Shown here: piece after piece, positions 47,519 through 57,968 of the stretch
Position numbering within the stretch: the first letter of the stretch is position 1
How the letters are laid out: every line of letters begins with the position of its first letter
Assembly: GCA_020696385.1 (NCBI GenBank)
Contig: JAEHCQ010000002.1
Location: 303,012 to 367,011, forward strand
Source of the DNA: Methanobacteriota archaeon
GTDB lineage: Archaea; Thermoplasmatota; Thermoplasmata; SG8-5; JAGLSY01
DNA length: 64,000 bases
Reading direction: 5' to 3'
Notes under the pieces: generated by a model
What the model was told of the DNA's origin: nothing
The model's database searches: none
What the model saw: only the letters and a program-made list of their open reading frames with translations
Position numbers and translations under genes: made by a program

Positions 47519-48304
47519 ATGAAGGGCATCGTCTGCATATCGGGAAATGACCCATCTGGGGGGTCTGGCATAGCGGCCGATATACGAGCCAGCTCATATA
47601 TCGGCGTACCATGCTTTCCAGTAATATCCATAATCACTTCTCAGACAAATGATGATGTTCTCGATGTTTCACCCGCTCCATCTTTATCTCAACAACTGAG
47701 AGCGGCTTTGGACCTAAACCCTGCATCTATCAAAATAGGTCTTCTGCACGCTCCAGATACCATACGGATCGTGGCTCATGAATTGAAAGTATTGGAAGAA
47801 AAATCGATTATTCTGGATACCGTTTTCGCATCATCCAGTGGCCACTCATTGGTCACCGAGGATTTCATATCCACATTCATTGACACGATGATACCCCTTA
47901 CCACGATCCTCACACCCAATATTCCCGAGGCTGAAGCACTTACAGGTCGAGATATTCACACTCAAGTGGATGTGGAAGAGGCATGTCGCCAATTACACGC
48001 TATGGGAGCCAGTAATATCCTCATTAAGGGAGGACATCTCGAAGGGGCGGAGGCAATGGACACCCTCTTTGACGGGACGATGTTCCACACTTTTTCAGGT
48101 AAGAGGATACCGGGTAAATTCAGAGGTACTGGCTGCTCTTATTCCACGCTCATCGCGTCCCTGATTGGTCAGGGATACGATGTCAAGGAAGCTGTTGCAG
48201 GGGCTAAGGAACACCTACAAGCCGCTATCGAGCAAGCGGCTTGCTCCAGCCAGGCCGATCACCATATGCTCTTCTTGGGCGGTTCTAAGGGGGGTGGAGA
48301 GTGA
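47519..48304 (+). CDS. thiD: Hydroxymethylpyrimidine/phosphomethylpyrimidine kinase
   Basis: GNDPSGGSGIAADI, KIG, TPNIPEA, KGGH, GTGC. Confidence 0.88.
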   Translation: MKGIVCISGNDPSGGSGIAADIRASSYIGVPCFPVISIITSQTNDDVLDVSPAPSLSQQLRAALDLNPASIKIGLLHAPDTIRIVAHELKVLEEKSIILDTVFASSSGHSLVTEDFISTFIDTMIPLTTILTPNIPEAEALTGRDIHTQVDVEEACRQLHAMGASNILIKGGHLEGAEAMDTLFDGTMFHTFSGKRIPGKFRGTGCSYSTLIASLIGQGYDVKEAVAGAKEHLQAAIEQAACSSQADHHMLFLGGSKGGGE

Positions 48305-49464
48305 ATATAGGAATGTTCACCGATGCATGGCTGCCCACTCATGATGGCACGGTCACGTCCATCATCAAGTTTAGAGAAAGCCTGGAGAAGTTGGGGCACA
48401 AGGTCTTCATATTCGCCCCTGGTGACACAACAGGTCCCTCGGACTATGATGACAATGTCTTCCTGTTCAAGGCCAAGACCTTCAAGCAATATCCAGATTA
48501 CAAGCTCGCCATAGCCCCTTCCAAATGGAAGACGGACATGATCCTGGAGAATGATATCGAGATACTACACAATCACGGCATCGCTTTCATGGCGCTCAAG
48601 GCGATGATAGGCTCCAATCTGACCAATATCCCATGTCTTCTGAACTTTCACACATGGGTGACCGAGGTCCAGGAATATTATCCAGTTAATCTTAATGAGG
48701 ATCTGATGGTATATCTATCATGGATATACCTCCGGGTGCTGATCGAGAGAAGTGATGGCGTGGTGACACCCAGCAATGCGGCAATGAGGGAATTGAAGGA
48801 AAAATGCCCGAAGATGAGATATACCAATGTCGTTGCCCCGGGCATTGATTTCAATAGTTTCAATCCCAATGTGAACGGTTCTGGTATCAGGGAGGATCTT
48901 GGATTGGAAAATTCTGAGGTTTTGATCCACGTAGGTCGTGTATCAAAAGAAAAGAACCTGGAATTGATATTCAAGGCATTGCCCACCATAAAGAAAGAGA
49001 AGCCGAATGTGAAGCTTCTCGTCATTGGAAAGGGGCCGGCCAAGGAATATTATGAGCAAATGGCTCAACAGATGGGATTACAGGATACGATCAAGTTCAC
49101 TGGCTTTGTGGCAGATGAGGTTCTGCCACAATACTACGCCGCTGGAGATACGTTTGTACTGGCATCTCCTTTCGAAACTCTCGGCATAGTGATGATAGAA
49201 GCTTTGGCAATGGGTCTTCCAGTCGCGGGCTTGAATTATCGAGTTGTACCAGATATAATCAAGGATGGACATAATGGTCATGTGTTCAAGAACGACCCCA
49301 AGGACTGTGCGACCCAGATATTGAAGACCCTGAACATCAGGGATGATCTAAGGCCTAACACCATAGCCACGGCCAGAAAATTCGATAATATGGAAAGCGG
49401 GAAGAAATTGGTCCAGGTGTATAAGGAAGTAATTGACAAGTACCAGAAAGAACGTGCCAGATGA
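48301..49464 (+). CDS. Glycosyltransferase family 4
   Basis: FTDAWLPTHDG, VGRVSKEKN, ETLGIVMIEALAMG. Confidence 0.9.
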   Translation: MNIGMFTDAWLPTHDGTVTSIIKFRESLEKLGHKVFIFAPGDTTGPSDYDDNVFLFKAKTFKQYPDYKLAIAPSKWKTDMILENDIEILHNHGIAFMALKAMIGSNLTNIPCLLNFHTWVTEVQEYYPVNLNEDLMVYLSWIYLRVLIERSDGVVTPSNAAMRELKEKCPKMRYTNVVAPGIDFNSFNPNVNGSGIREDLGLENSEVLIHVGRVSKEKNLELIFKALPTIKKEKPNVKLLVIGKGPAKEYYEQMAQQMGLQDTIKFTGFVADEVLPQYYAAGDTFVLASPFETLGIVMIEALAMGLPVAGLNYRVVPDIIKDGHNGHVFKNDPKDCATQILKTLNIRDDLRPNTIATARKFDNMESGKKLVQVYKEVIDKYQKERAR

Positions 49465-49578
49465 TCCCTATCATATGATGATTTATATCATTCAATGATC
49501 TCTATCATACATCGAACAAATTGATCCAGCTTTCTCGCTCTTGTTTGTAAATAGTTTATATCACCCGAGTATGAGATA

Positions 49579-50460
49579 TTACTGATCGATGATCTCTTCC
49601 ACAGTTATCTGGAATACCAATGTCTTGCCAACAACTTCCGCATTGTAGTCAAGAGTGTATGTTCCAGCAGTGGTATCTACACCACTCAACATGAAGGGAG
49701 CGACATTGTTATGTGAATAGATATTGTTCGCATCAGCTTCTGTCACAAGGTGTTTGATAGTGATCTCGCCACCATTGGTTGAACTGTCCAATCCAATGAC
49801 CTCGTAATCCCAGGCTCCAACATAGTCAAGTACCTGTCCGATAGTTGGCTCGAATTTCAGGATGACCTCATCAGCATTCTCATCCACAAAGTACACGCTG
49901 GTATCCCAGCCCCATACAGCGTCGGTGACTGTCATACCGACTGTTGGCTCTACGTAATAAGTGCTCTTGAAGGTGGATGTGTTGAATTCCGTCGAGTACA
50001 TGGGGATCGTGTCTATTATGTCAAAGGTCTTAATGAGTTCAGGATCTGAATCTCCATAGGCCTTATCGGATGGGATGGTCACGGTCTTGGTTTGCCCCAC
50101 AGCCATTCCTATGACTCCATTCTCGAATCCCTCAACGACTTCATTGTTCCCTACTGTGAAGGAAAGGGTTGTGTAACTGGCTCTTCCAGTGAAAGAGAAA
50201 GCTTTAGGATACAGGGCATTGTCCTCGGCGACTTCCACACGGGATGTATCAAAGACGGTTCCATCCTCGAACATTCCAGTATAATTCACCAATACTTTGT
50301 CACCAGACTCGACAAACCTGTCAGGTCCTGCAAACCCATCTTGGGTCGTGCTGAAATGATTATAGGCTGCAACTCCAGCGATACATAGGATGATCACCAC
50401 TACGATGGTCACGATCAATTTCATGTCAAAGAATCCTTCAGAGTTATTGCCTTTGGCCAT
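49579..50460 (-). CDS. Membrane-anchored FKBP-type peptidyl-prolyl isomerase with large insert
   Basis: TM anchor, GDKVLVNYTG...VFDTS, GFENGVIGM, AYG, GKTLVF. Confidence 0.85.
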   Translation of the reverse strand: MAKGNNSEGFFDMKLIVTIVVVIILCIAGVAAYNHFSTTQDGFAGPDRFVESGDKVLVNYTGMFEDGTVFDTSRVEVAEDNALYPKAFSFTGRASYTTLSFTVGNNEVVEGFENGVIGMAVGQTKTVTIPSDKAYGDSDPELIKTFDIIDTIPMYSTEFNTSTFKSTYYVEPTVGMTVTDAVWGWDTSVYFVDENADEVILKFEPTIGQVLDYVGAWDYEVIGLDSSTNGGEITIKHLVTEADANNIYSHNNVAPFMLSGVDTTAGTYTLDYNAEVVGKTLVFQITVEEIIDQ

Positions 50461-50514
50461 AATATCCCTTCTTCAAATTGAATAAAAAAATAAATTGGAG
50501 GTCATGCCTCCAAT

Positions 50515-50766
50515 TCACATATTTTTTATCTTGTCAGCTACGAAAGATCTGATCTCTTCGTCGTCTGGGATGGTGAGTGATTTCTTGAATCTCTCGCTTC
50601 CATCTGGGAGATAGTATCCCCTGGAGACTGATATAAACTCATTCTCCCCATCATCGGTCTTCGCTCTCTTCCTTGCGATCTCAAGGAAATTGTTCCTTCC
50701 GAAGTTAACTTTCTCGCTGGCTACTGTCTCAAATTCTACTCTTGATCTTGGTTCATATTCGTCCAT
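50515..50766 (-). CDS. Small conserved hypothetical protein (possible PC4/PUR-like nucleic-acid-binding fold)
   Basis: Beta-rich NNFLEIARK...EFISVSRGYY...KKSLTIP followed by a helix. Confidence 0.65.
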   Translation of the reverse strand: MDEYEPRSRVEFETVASEKVNFGRNNFLEIARKRAKTDDGENEFISVSRGYYLPDGSERFKKSLTIPDDEEIRSFVADKIKNM

Positions 50767-51000
50767 TTCAATCAATCCTTTTGTGGTTTATTCTTTAGGA
50801 ATATTATATATATACTCCCCAAAGTAAAACCCCTCAATTACTTATATATTATAAAGCTTTGTATAATTATACGTATTTATATTATACCTACTAATAATAG
50901 ATTATTATACGTATATATAGACTTATAAGGTCGATGCCAGTAATAAAATCGAATCAAACTAATTACTTGGACATGAAATAAACTCGTTTGATAAAATAAA

Positions 51001-51073
51001 TGCGGTAGGCCGGACTCGAACCAGCGACTTCAAGATCTTCAGTCTTGCACTCTCCCAACTGAGTTACTACCGC
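51001..51073 (-). tRNA. tRNA-Phe(GAA)
   Basis: Reverse complement GCGGTAG...CAAGA-CTGAAGA-TCTTG...GGTTCGAGTCC...CTACCGC-A. Confidence 0.95.
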
Positions 51074-51210
51074 TTTATGCTGATAAGAATACCTGTCATT
51101 TGCATGACATCGCCCTCTTATCACACCAGGGCAATCATTGAAGCCATACATTAACTTTGCTATTATTGTCACCAAAAATACTTTTAATATCCCATCCTTT
51201 CTGCCTTGTT

Positions 51211-51921
51211 ATGCAGGAAGCACCCGAGGTATCTGTTGTCATACCCACGATGAACGAGGAAGAATCCATTGGCGAGGTAATGGATGCCATCAATCAAGCA
51301 CTTGAGGGAATGGTATTCGAGGTCATGATAGTGGACACCAATTCCAAAGATAAGACAAGGGAGATCGCTGTTTCCAAGGGAGCCAGGGTTATCGATGAAC
51401 CCAGGCGAGGCTATGGTCGGGCATACAAATCTGGCTTCAAGCAGGCAAAAGGGACTTTTATAGCCACATTGGATGCGGATTGCACGTATCCAGCAGGAGA
51501 TATTCCAAAGTTCATCAGCATACTCAAGGAGCAGAACCTCGATTTCATATCCGGTGACAGGCTCACCAACCTCAATAAGGAAGCCATGAATTCCAAACAT
51601 AGGTTTGGAAATAAGATGCTGAACATCGGTGCAAGGGTATGCTTTGGTTTTAAAACCGCAGACTCACAGACAGGAATGTGGGTGTTCAGAAGGGAAGTAT
51701 TATCCAAACTCAATATGACAAGTGACCAGATGGCCTTTTCAGAAGAGATAAAAGTGGAAGCAAATGAGAAGGTTCGATATTTGGAGGTCCCGATCGTTTA
51801 CAGTCCACGAAAGGGCGAGGTCAAACTGAATACGTGGAAGGATGGATTCAATAATCTCATGTTCTTCCCCAGCAAGAGATGGGGAAAGGTCAGCAAGATT
51901 GAGGGCGAGAAGCTGGCTTGA
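51211..51921 (+). CDS. Glycosyltransferase family 2 (DPM-synthase-like)
   Basis: VSVVIPTMNEE, VD..SKD, GYGRA, DADCTY, DSQTG, R.GEVKL. Confidence 0.88.
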   Translation: MQEAPEVSVVIPTMNEEESIGEVMDAINQALEGMVFEVMIVDTNSKDKTREIAVSKGARVIDEPRRGYGRAYKSGFKQAKGTFIATLDADCTYPAGDIPKFISILKEQNLDFISGDRLTNLNKEAMNSKHRFGNKMLNIGARVCFGFKTADSQTGMWVFRREVLSKLNMTSDQMAFSEEIKVEANEKVRYLEVPIVYSPRKGEVKLNTWKDGFNNLMFFPSKRWGKVSKIEGEKLA

Positions 51922-51971
51922 ATAAATTGAGTATAATATATTGATCAATTTTTAAGTCCAATCATGCTTGA

Positions 51972-52760
51972 TCATATCAACCAGATAGTGAAAGGTATTA
52001 TCACTGCCACCAATCCAAAGAATATGCAGAACATTGAGAAATTAACTCGCTTTGCAACCTTCATCAATAGATCCATTGTGAATAAGCCGAAGACGAAGGC
52101 GAAGAACCCTGCCACGATATATGGGCCGAGACCGATGGATGCCATGTCCCCGAAAACTATGAAATATATAGCGGCGGCGATGGATACTGGCACGGACAAA
52201 AGGAAGGAGAATTTCATGCTTGACATTTTTTCATAATCTCTCATCAAAAGGGTGGCCACCGTCATACCCGATCTGCTGATACCAGGCAGAACTGCGAAGC
52301 CTTGGGCGATACCCAGGATCATATAATCCTTGTAACTCGCTTTTGTCAGCTTCTTTGGTTTAACTGTGTAATCGGCTCTTATTATTAGCCCTGTAATGAC
52401 AAGAGCCAGTCCGATAAAAATAGTGATAGTATCTCCGGTCCAAAGATTATTGTCAAAAGTGGCTTCCAGAAGAAGTAAAAATGGAATGGCCGAGATGATA
52501 GATATGATAGTTACCGCCCAGTAGAATTCCGGCATCTTTCCAGTTGTGAGATCGATCATACGTATGAGGTCTTTAGGGTATTTCACAACCACGGAAAGAG
52601 CTGTTCCCAGATGGATAGCCAGTCCGAGAGAAATAGCGATCTTTGGATCCAATCCAAATCCATTTATCATGATCAATGATGATTGCCCCGTGCTGGAGAT
52701 AGGGAGCCATTCGGTGATCCCCTGCATTATTCCAAGTACTATCGCGGTCCACCAATCCAT
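51972..52760 (-). CDS. uppP: Undecaprenyl-diphosphate phosphatase (BacA family)
   Basis: QGITEWLPISSTG, HLGT, PGISRSG, FSFLLS. Confidence 0.9.
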   Translation of the reverse strand: MDWWTAIVLGIMQGITEWLPISSTGQSSLIMINGFGLDPKIAISLGLAIHLGTALSVVVKYPKDLIRMIDLTTGKMPEFYWAVTIISIISAIPFLLLLEATFDNNLWTGDTITIFIGLALVITGLIIRADYTVKPKKLTKASYKDYMILGIAQGFAVLPGISRSGMTVATLLMRDYEKMSSMKFSFLLSVPVSIAAAIYFIVFGDMASIGLGPYIVAGFFAFVFGLFTMDLLMKVAKRVNFSMFCIFFGLVAVIIPFTIWLI

Positions 52761-52841
52761 GTTTGGACATTGGTGTTTATGGATATAAAATATTACCCCT
52801 CTATATCGGGTTTATGCAGTTGGGTTGATTTTATCCTCAAT

Positions 52842-53624
52842 CTAATCCAATTCTTTCAATATCATATCCGCGACCTTCTTACCAGATAATAGCATACCGC
52901 CAAATATCGGTCCCATTCTTGGGGCTCCATAAACTGCATTGGATGCCATGCCAGTAACATACAATCCCGGAAATACCTCGCCCGTGTTCTCTACCACGGT
53001 CTGCTCTCCCACCTCGGCCCACATGGACTTCTCACCTTCAAGGTCGCCACTCGGCGTATTGAGCTTGCCAGCCTTCTTGATGACCACTTTACATACCTCG
53101 GTTGGATGGCCAGTTGCGTCGATGCAAATCTTGGCTCCTATGGTCAGGGGGTCAACATGCAAGCCAGCCATCTCCACCGCACTCCAGGTGATGACGAAGC
53201 CGCAGATCCGACGGACATTGTCCTTGTCTCGGATCATGACATCCTCCACGGACATGGTATTGAACATCTTGGCCCCCGCGGTCATACAACCCGCGATCAA
53301 CTTGCTGGTAGCCTCTATGGAGTCTGCAGTGAAATAACCATTGCCAGCATCCTCATATCCTATACCGAACTCATCCAGTATAGGCAATGATTGCTCTTGA
53401 ACCACTATCGCGGGGAAGGTCATTCCACCCCCCCACATGCCGCCGCCAGGTGAAAGTTTCCTCTCAAAGATAACGACCTTCTTTCCAGCATCTGCCAGAT
53501 ACTTGGCTGCCACCATCCCGGCAGGACCGGCTCCGGCTATTGCCACGTCAATATCCAGGCTGTCAATGAAATTTTTGGAAAATCGTTCGATTATATGTCT
53601 AGTTACTTCGATGTCGTCTATCAT
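52842..53624 (-). CDS. thi4: Thiazole synthase, sulfide-dependent (His-type) Thi4
   Basis: [38 protein letters not shown]. Confidence 0.93.
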   Translation of the reverse strand: MIDDIEVTRHIIERFSKNFIDSLDIDVAIAGAGPAGMVAAKYLADAGKKVVIFERKLSPGGGMWGGGMTFPAIVVQEQSLPILDEFGIGYEDAGNGYFTADSIEATSKLIAGCMTAGAKMFNTMSVEDVMIRDKDNVRRICGFVITWSAVEMAGLHVDPLTIGAKICIDATGHPTEVCKVVIKKAGKLNTPSGDLEGEKSMWAEVGEQTVVENTGEVFPGLYVTGMASNAVYGAPRMGPIFGGMLLSGKKVADMILKELD

Positions 53625-53659
53625 GCGTGATGGAAATGATGAGCTAACTATAAATCTAT

Positions 53660-53686
53660 CCTTAACGTAGTTAACTATAGTTAAGG
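53660..53686. promoter_or_regulatory. Palindromic operator candidate upstream of thi4
   Basis: Perfect 14-bp palindrome TTAACTATAGTTAA (53671-53684) within CCTTAAC...GTTAAGG; extra partial copy TAACTATA at 53645-53652. Confidence 0.5.
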
Positions 53687-53837
53687 GAATAAAATGATTG
53701 CTGGCTACTTTTCATAAATGTATAAATTTTATTAATTTCTAACATTAATTCTTAGGAGATATCCAATATCATCCCATTCTATGTGCTTGATAAAGAAGTT
53801 GCATGGACTTAAAAAGCCCATAACTAAAAAAGAAAAA

Positions 53838-53942
53838 AGACGGACAAATTGAATCAAGCCAGTTAACTTGATCAAAATAAATGCGTGGGTTCAGTAGGTG
53901 GAGTCGCATTTAATAAAGAAACTCGCCCGTCTCTGCTCGCTC
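53838..53942 (-). other. Structured intergenic element related to the 8.3-kb insert
   Basis: Shares GAGCGAGyAG-N5-GGGCGAGTTT(T)CTTT (minus strand) with 8355-8383; a long-range stem encloses two hairpins. Confidence 0.55.
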
Positions 53943-53946
53943 GTAA

Positions 53947-55269
53947 TTACTGCGTACTCTTTGTTATATTAACTCCTTCAACGACAACATGTGGTGTTCT
54001 AATTGGCAATCCAACCTCCCACCAACGTATCTGCTCCGGATCATTCCCAATATGTTTGATCCTATCCAGCATGCCCAGCATGTTCTCAGATATTCGAATA
54101 TCCTTGACCGCGTCAGTGATCTTCCCATCCTTGATCTCGAAGACCGCGTCCCTGGGGATGGTGGAGAAATCCCCAGTCTGGTAATTCTGGAATCTCGTGT
54201 ACCATAGGTTCGTGATGTACAGGCCGTCCTTGATATCGGATATCATATCGTCCTTGGACATGGTTCCGGGTGTTATGGCGCAGTTCCACGCTCTCGGGAA
54301 TATCAATCCCGCATTGCCAGTTGAGACAGTGTCATTGAGCTTCGCCGTGCTCGTATTGTGCAGGTATGTCTTCAATACACCGTTCTCGATGATCACATTC
54401 TTCTGGGTCGGCACTCCCTCACTGTCAAAGGGAGGGGACACGACCATTTTCGGATCCGTGCCATCATCTGTCATTGTGAGGAATTCTGGGCCGACCTTCT
54501 CACCAATCTGGTCTTTGAAGAATGACATTCCCGCATCTACATTTCCTGCAGATGCGGAGCCAGCGGCCCTTTCCAGGAAATTTGCAAATGCCAGTGGTGT
54601 GAATAAAACATCCACCTTCCCTGTTTTTCCAAGGGAAGGGTTCAATGCTTCCTTCGCCATCATGCCAGCTTCCAGACCGATCCTCTGAGGATCAAGATTA
54701 TCCATATCGCTGACCGATTGTACCGAGTGCCCACTGGCCTCCTTGGATGCAAAGGCTCTGAGAGAGATATCCATATCGGATCCCGTATGTCTGGCAACCA
54801 CACCACCGCTGGTAGCGAGGTGCAGGGTTCCACTGGATGAATACAATACTCCCGCGACCCGGTCGCCCCCATTCCTCATGGCCGAATCAATGGCCTGGCC
54901 AGCAAGTTCAACAAGCTCTCCTTCCAGATCGGAGATCCTCTTATCATAGCCATTGTTTCGATAATTGAAAGGCCCATTCGCGATCCCCTGATAATTTTTA
55001 TTCTCCGCCATCATCTTGACGAATGACAACATGTCGTCAATTGTCTTGTCCAGCGTGTGGAGGTCATTGACACTGGTGTACATGATCTTCCTGTCTTTCG
55101 CCAGAAAGACGTCCACCCCAGTGGCTTCCCAAGTTTTGGTTATAGCGACCTCGCTATTGGTGAACTTCACCTGTTTCCGCTCACCATCATGAGCTGAGCA
55201 AATCACATCATCCGCTCCCTTCTTCCTGGCCTGATCCACTACGTATCCAGGTATCTCATTTATTTCCAT
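53947..55269 (-). CDS. pmbA: TldE/PmbA family protein
   Basis: FDSEGVPT, IENGVLKTYLHN, STGNA, GDFS; no HExxH. Confidence 0.85.
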   Translation of the reverse strand: MEINEIPGYVVDQARKKGADDVICSAHDGERKQVKFTNSEVAITKTWEATGVDVFLAKDRKIMYTSVNDLHTLDKTIDDMLSFVKMMAENKNYQGIANGPFNYRNNGYDKRISDLEGELVELAGQAIDSAMRNGGDRVAGVLYSSSGTLHLATSGGVVARHTGSDMDISLRAFASKEASGHSVQSVSDMDNLDPQRIGLEAGMMAKEALNPSLGKTGKVDVLFTPLAFANFLERAAGSASAGNVDAGMSFFKDQIGEKVGPEFLTMTDDGTDPKMVVSPPFDSEGVPTQKNVIIENGVLKTYLHNTSTAKLNDTVSTGNAGLIFPRAWNCAITPGTMSKDDMISDIKDGLYITNLWYTRFQNYQTGDFSTIPRDAVFEIKDGKITDAVKDIRISENMLGMLDRIKHIGNDPEQIRWWEVGLPIRTPHVVVEGVNITKSTQ

Positions 55270-56685
55270 TCAAGCACCCCCCAGCTTGATATTCCTCAGC
55301 CTGATATGAGGACCTCCGGTGAATACCGGAATACCCTGACCAGGCTCTCCTTTTCCACAAGTGGCGGCAGTGAAACCCATTTCCTTCCCAACAGCATCTA
55401 TCGCGCTCCAGAAGGCTGGTGTGGTCATTTCCAGGATTGGAGCTTTTACTGGCGCTCCGATTCTGCCATTCTCTATAAGATAAGCCTCCCTGCCAATGTA
55501 ACGTTGATTGTATCGCTTGTCATCGATATTCCACTCCATGAAGGACTTCATCAGAACACCTAGTTTGACATCCTCCACCAACTCTTCTAGAGAATACTCA
55601 CCAGGCTTCACAAAGGTGTTCGCCATCCTGACTATGGCCTCTCGATCGTAGTTGGTGGACCTAGAAGAACCATTGCTTTCAACCCCCATCCTGGCCGCGC
55701 TCTCCCTGTTATGGAGGAAGTCATTTATCTTTCCATTCTTGATCAATTCTCTGGGTTTGGCTTCTATCCCCTCATCATCATAAAGATAGAAACCGTAGGA
55801 ATTCTCCAGTGTGGGATCGTCTATCACGGTCGCGACTTCGCTTCCGATCTGCTGCCCCATCATGTCCTCGGATACGAAGGATTCTCCAGCCTGGGCCGCT
55901 TCCCTACCCAGGATCCTGTCACCTTCATACGGATGCCCGCAGCTTTCATGGGCAGCGATTCCAGTAACTTCCGGCCCCAGCACCATGTCCACCAATTCCT
56001 TGGGGGCCTTGATGCCTTCCTTCATATTCCTGTGTGTGACCTTAATCTCATTTCCAAGAAAGTCAGATAATTTATCGATATCCATGAACTCCCAGCCACT
56101 GGCCGCTCCCATTTGAAGCATCGCTTGCGCGGTCTGGCCGTCTTCGAGGATGGTTCCCAACATGAACAGATGCAATCTCGGGATGCTGGAGGCTATTTTC
56201 GACCCCTCGGAATTACAGAAATATTTCTCCCTATGCTCGATACCCAAGCTGAAAAAGCTACCCACGAGATTCTCCGATGGCAAGGCTTTGTGGATCTCGG
56301 ATAATGCCTCGAGCACATCCTCTGGACTGACATTCATAATGTTCTTTTTCTGCGCCACGCTGTAATCCTTGATATTGGCCTTTCCTTCAGTGAATACCAA
56401 CGGATTTTTCATGATACGGGAAGATGCTCTGGCAGTTCTAACACCCCTCTCACATGCAGTCAGTACTGAATCACGATCAAGTCGATTGGTGGATGCGAAG
56501 GCCAATGCTCCATTCACCAACACCCTGATGCCGATGCCCGCATCTCGTTCGAATCCAGAGACCTCGGGGTTCCCGTTCTTCAGGAGAGAATCCTGCCCTG
56601 AAACGAATTCCATACGTGCCTCTGCATATTCCGCACCCAGTTCCCGCGCCTTGCTCACTGCTATTTCTGCTAGATCCCTGTCCAT
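55270..56685 (-). CDS. tldD: TldD family metalloprotease
   Basis: GIGIRVL, HESCGHPYEGD, YDDEG, RMANT, CGKG. Confidence 0.9.
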   Translation of the reverse strand: MDRDLAEIAVSKARELGAEYAEARMEFVSGQDSLLKNGNPEVSGFERDAGIGIRVLVNGALAFASTNRLDRDSVLTACERGVRTARASSRIMKNPLVFTEGKANIKDYSVAQKKNIMNVSPEDVLEALSEIHKALPSENLVGSFFSLGIEHREKYFCNSEGSKIASSIPRLHLFMLGTILEDGQTAQAMLQMGAASGWEFMDIDKLSDFLGNEIKVTHRNMKEGIKAPKELVDMVLGPEVTGIAAHESCGHPYEGDRILGREAAQAGESFVSEDMMGQQIGSEVATVIDDPTLENSYGFYLYDDEGIEAKPRELIKNGKINDFLHNRESAARMGVESNGSSRSTNYDREAIVRMANTFVKPGEYSLEELVEDVKLGVLMKSFMEWNIDDKRYNQRYIGREAYLIENGRIGAPVKAPILEMTTPAFWSAIDAVGKEMGFTAATCGKGEPGQGIPVFTGGPHIRLRNIKLGGA

Positions 56686-56698
56686 TCATCTCACTCCG

Positions 56699-57946
56699 CT
56701 AACTCTGTTTGAATTCATCTGTCAATGTCATCTGCCCATCGAATCTCTTCTTCTTGACTCGTTTTTTCAGGTTTTTTGCCTGCGAGGGAAGCAGAACTTT
56801 CCCATATTCGCCCCCACCGCCAGGGACTATCACCACTTGCCCACTTCTGAAAGCATGGACACCCTCGGCCACCTCGTCCCCTACCAAGCCCCGGATGTTC
56901 TTGATATCTGCTTCCAGCAGGACCTCGACCTCGTTTCCAAATTCAGTGATAAGTTTCTCCCACACTCCCAGCCCTTTTTTGGAATAGGGCGAGCTTATGC
57001 CCATCACCTGGTTTATGATCTCACCCAGTGGGATTATGTGAATGTACTCCGGGCGATGATCCGGCCTCTTGACAATACCATCGTCGCTAAGTTCCTTCGC
57101 TCGGTCTCGAACACCCTTTTTAATGGTAGCCAGGCAGGAGCATTTCCATCTTCTGGACAGTGCTTCCTCCAGGGTGTAGTGTTCGAAACATCTGGGACAA
57201 GCTGTTTCATTGTATTTCCCTTCCTGAGGCGGTAGTCCCACATTGCGGACGAAGCACCTTCCCTTCTCCCTCTTGATGGCCATCATCAGCTCATCGAAGG
57301 TGGTGTCCTTGGCGCGAATTGTATTGAACTCCCTGGCCAGTCTGATCGCATAGGGCGAATGGGCGTCTGAATTTGTAAGAAATGTAATGTCCTGCAATTC
57401 CCGAATAAGATCGCCATAATCACTGTCCGCGCTCAATCCCAGCTCCAGGAACTTGACATCTCCGGCTCTGGAACCATAGCATTCTTTCAGGGAAGCGTAG
57501 TGCGCGTACATACCGGTCCACGGGGTGAAGGCGTGGGCGGGCCCGATGAGAGCACCCACGTCCTTTGCTAGCTCGGCCAGCTCCTCACCGTTCATGCTCA
57601 GATAAGGTCGTCCATCCGCCTCAAGGCTTTTGGAATATTTGCCCACCTCTTCCTTGAAGCCCTCGACCGATGATAATGATGGAAAAAATAGTAGATGATG
57701 CACTCGTTTGGCCGCCTGAACCTCTGTGCTCAGAATGAATCTGGTGCCCTCCATCTCGAAAGTACCTTCATCGATCTTTTCAGCTTCCTTGACCTCGGCC
57801 AGCCACTTGGAATGCAAGCAATCGCCGCTGGCAAGAAGATCGATCCCCTTCTTGCCGGATTCTTTTGCCAGTGTCCGGATCTTCATATTGGAGCTTGTGG
57901 CTCTTGAATAAAGTCCATGGATGTGAAGATCGGCATTGAATTCCAT
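56699..57946 (-). CDS. TIGR00375/EndoQ-family PHP-domain endonuclease
   Basis: ADLHIH..YSRATS, HH, PAHAFTPW, ELGLSAD, NSDAHS, GKY...CPRC, PGGGGEYG. Confidence 0.85.
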   Translation of the reverse strand: MEFNADLHIHGLYSRATSSNMKIRTLAKESGKKGIDLLASGDCLHSKWLAEVKEAEKIDEGTFEMEGTRFILSTEVQAAKRVHHLLFFPSLSSVEGFKEEVGKYSKSLEADGRPYLSMNGEELAELAKDVGALIGPAHAFTPWTGMYAHYASLKECYGSRAGDVKFLELGLSADSDYGDLIRELQDITFLTNSDAHSPYAIRLAREFNTIRAKDTTFDELMMAIKREKGRCFVRNVGLPPQEGKYNETACPRCFEHYTLEEALSRRWKCSCLATIKKGVRDRAKELSDDGIVKRPDHRPEYIHIIPLGEIINQVMGISSPYSKKGLGVWEKLITEFGNEVEVLLEADIKNIRGLVGDEVAEGVHAFRSGQVVIVPGGGGEYGKVLLPSQAKNLKKRVKKKRFDGQMTLTDEFKQS

Positions 57947-57968
57947 TGGCTCGACAATGGATAACTAA

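Noticed and set aside
50866-50914. ATTATACGTAT repeats near tRNA-Phe as an att site or replication origin
   Set aside because: Short AT-rich repeats with no tRNA-end duplication, integrase, ORB box or cdc6; at most promoter elements.
56369-57235. 288-aa + strand ORF and similar long antisense ORFs (e.g. 43275-43856, 44084-44713, 3861-4418)
   Set aside because: They lie opposite well-supported genes and have no recognisable motifs.
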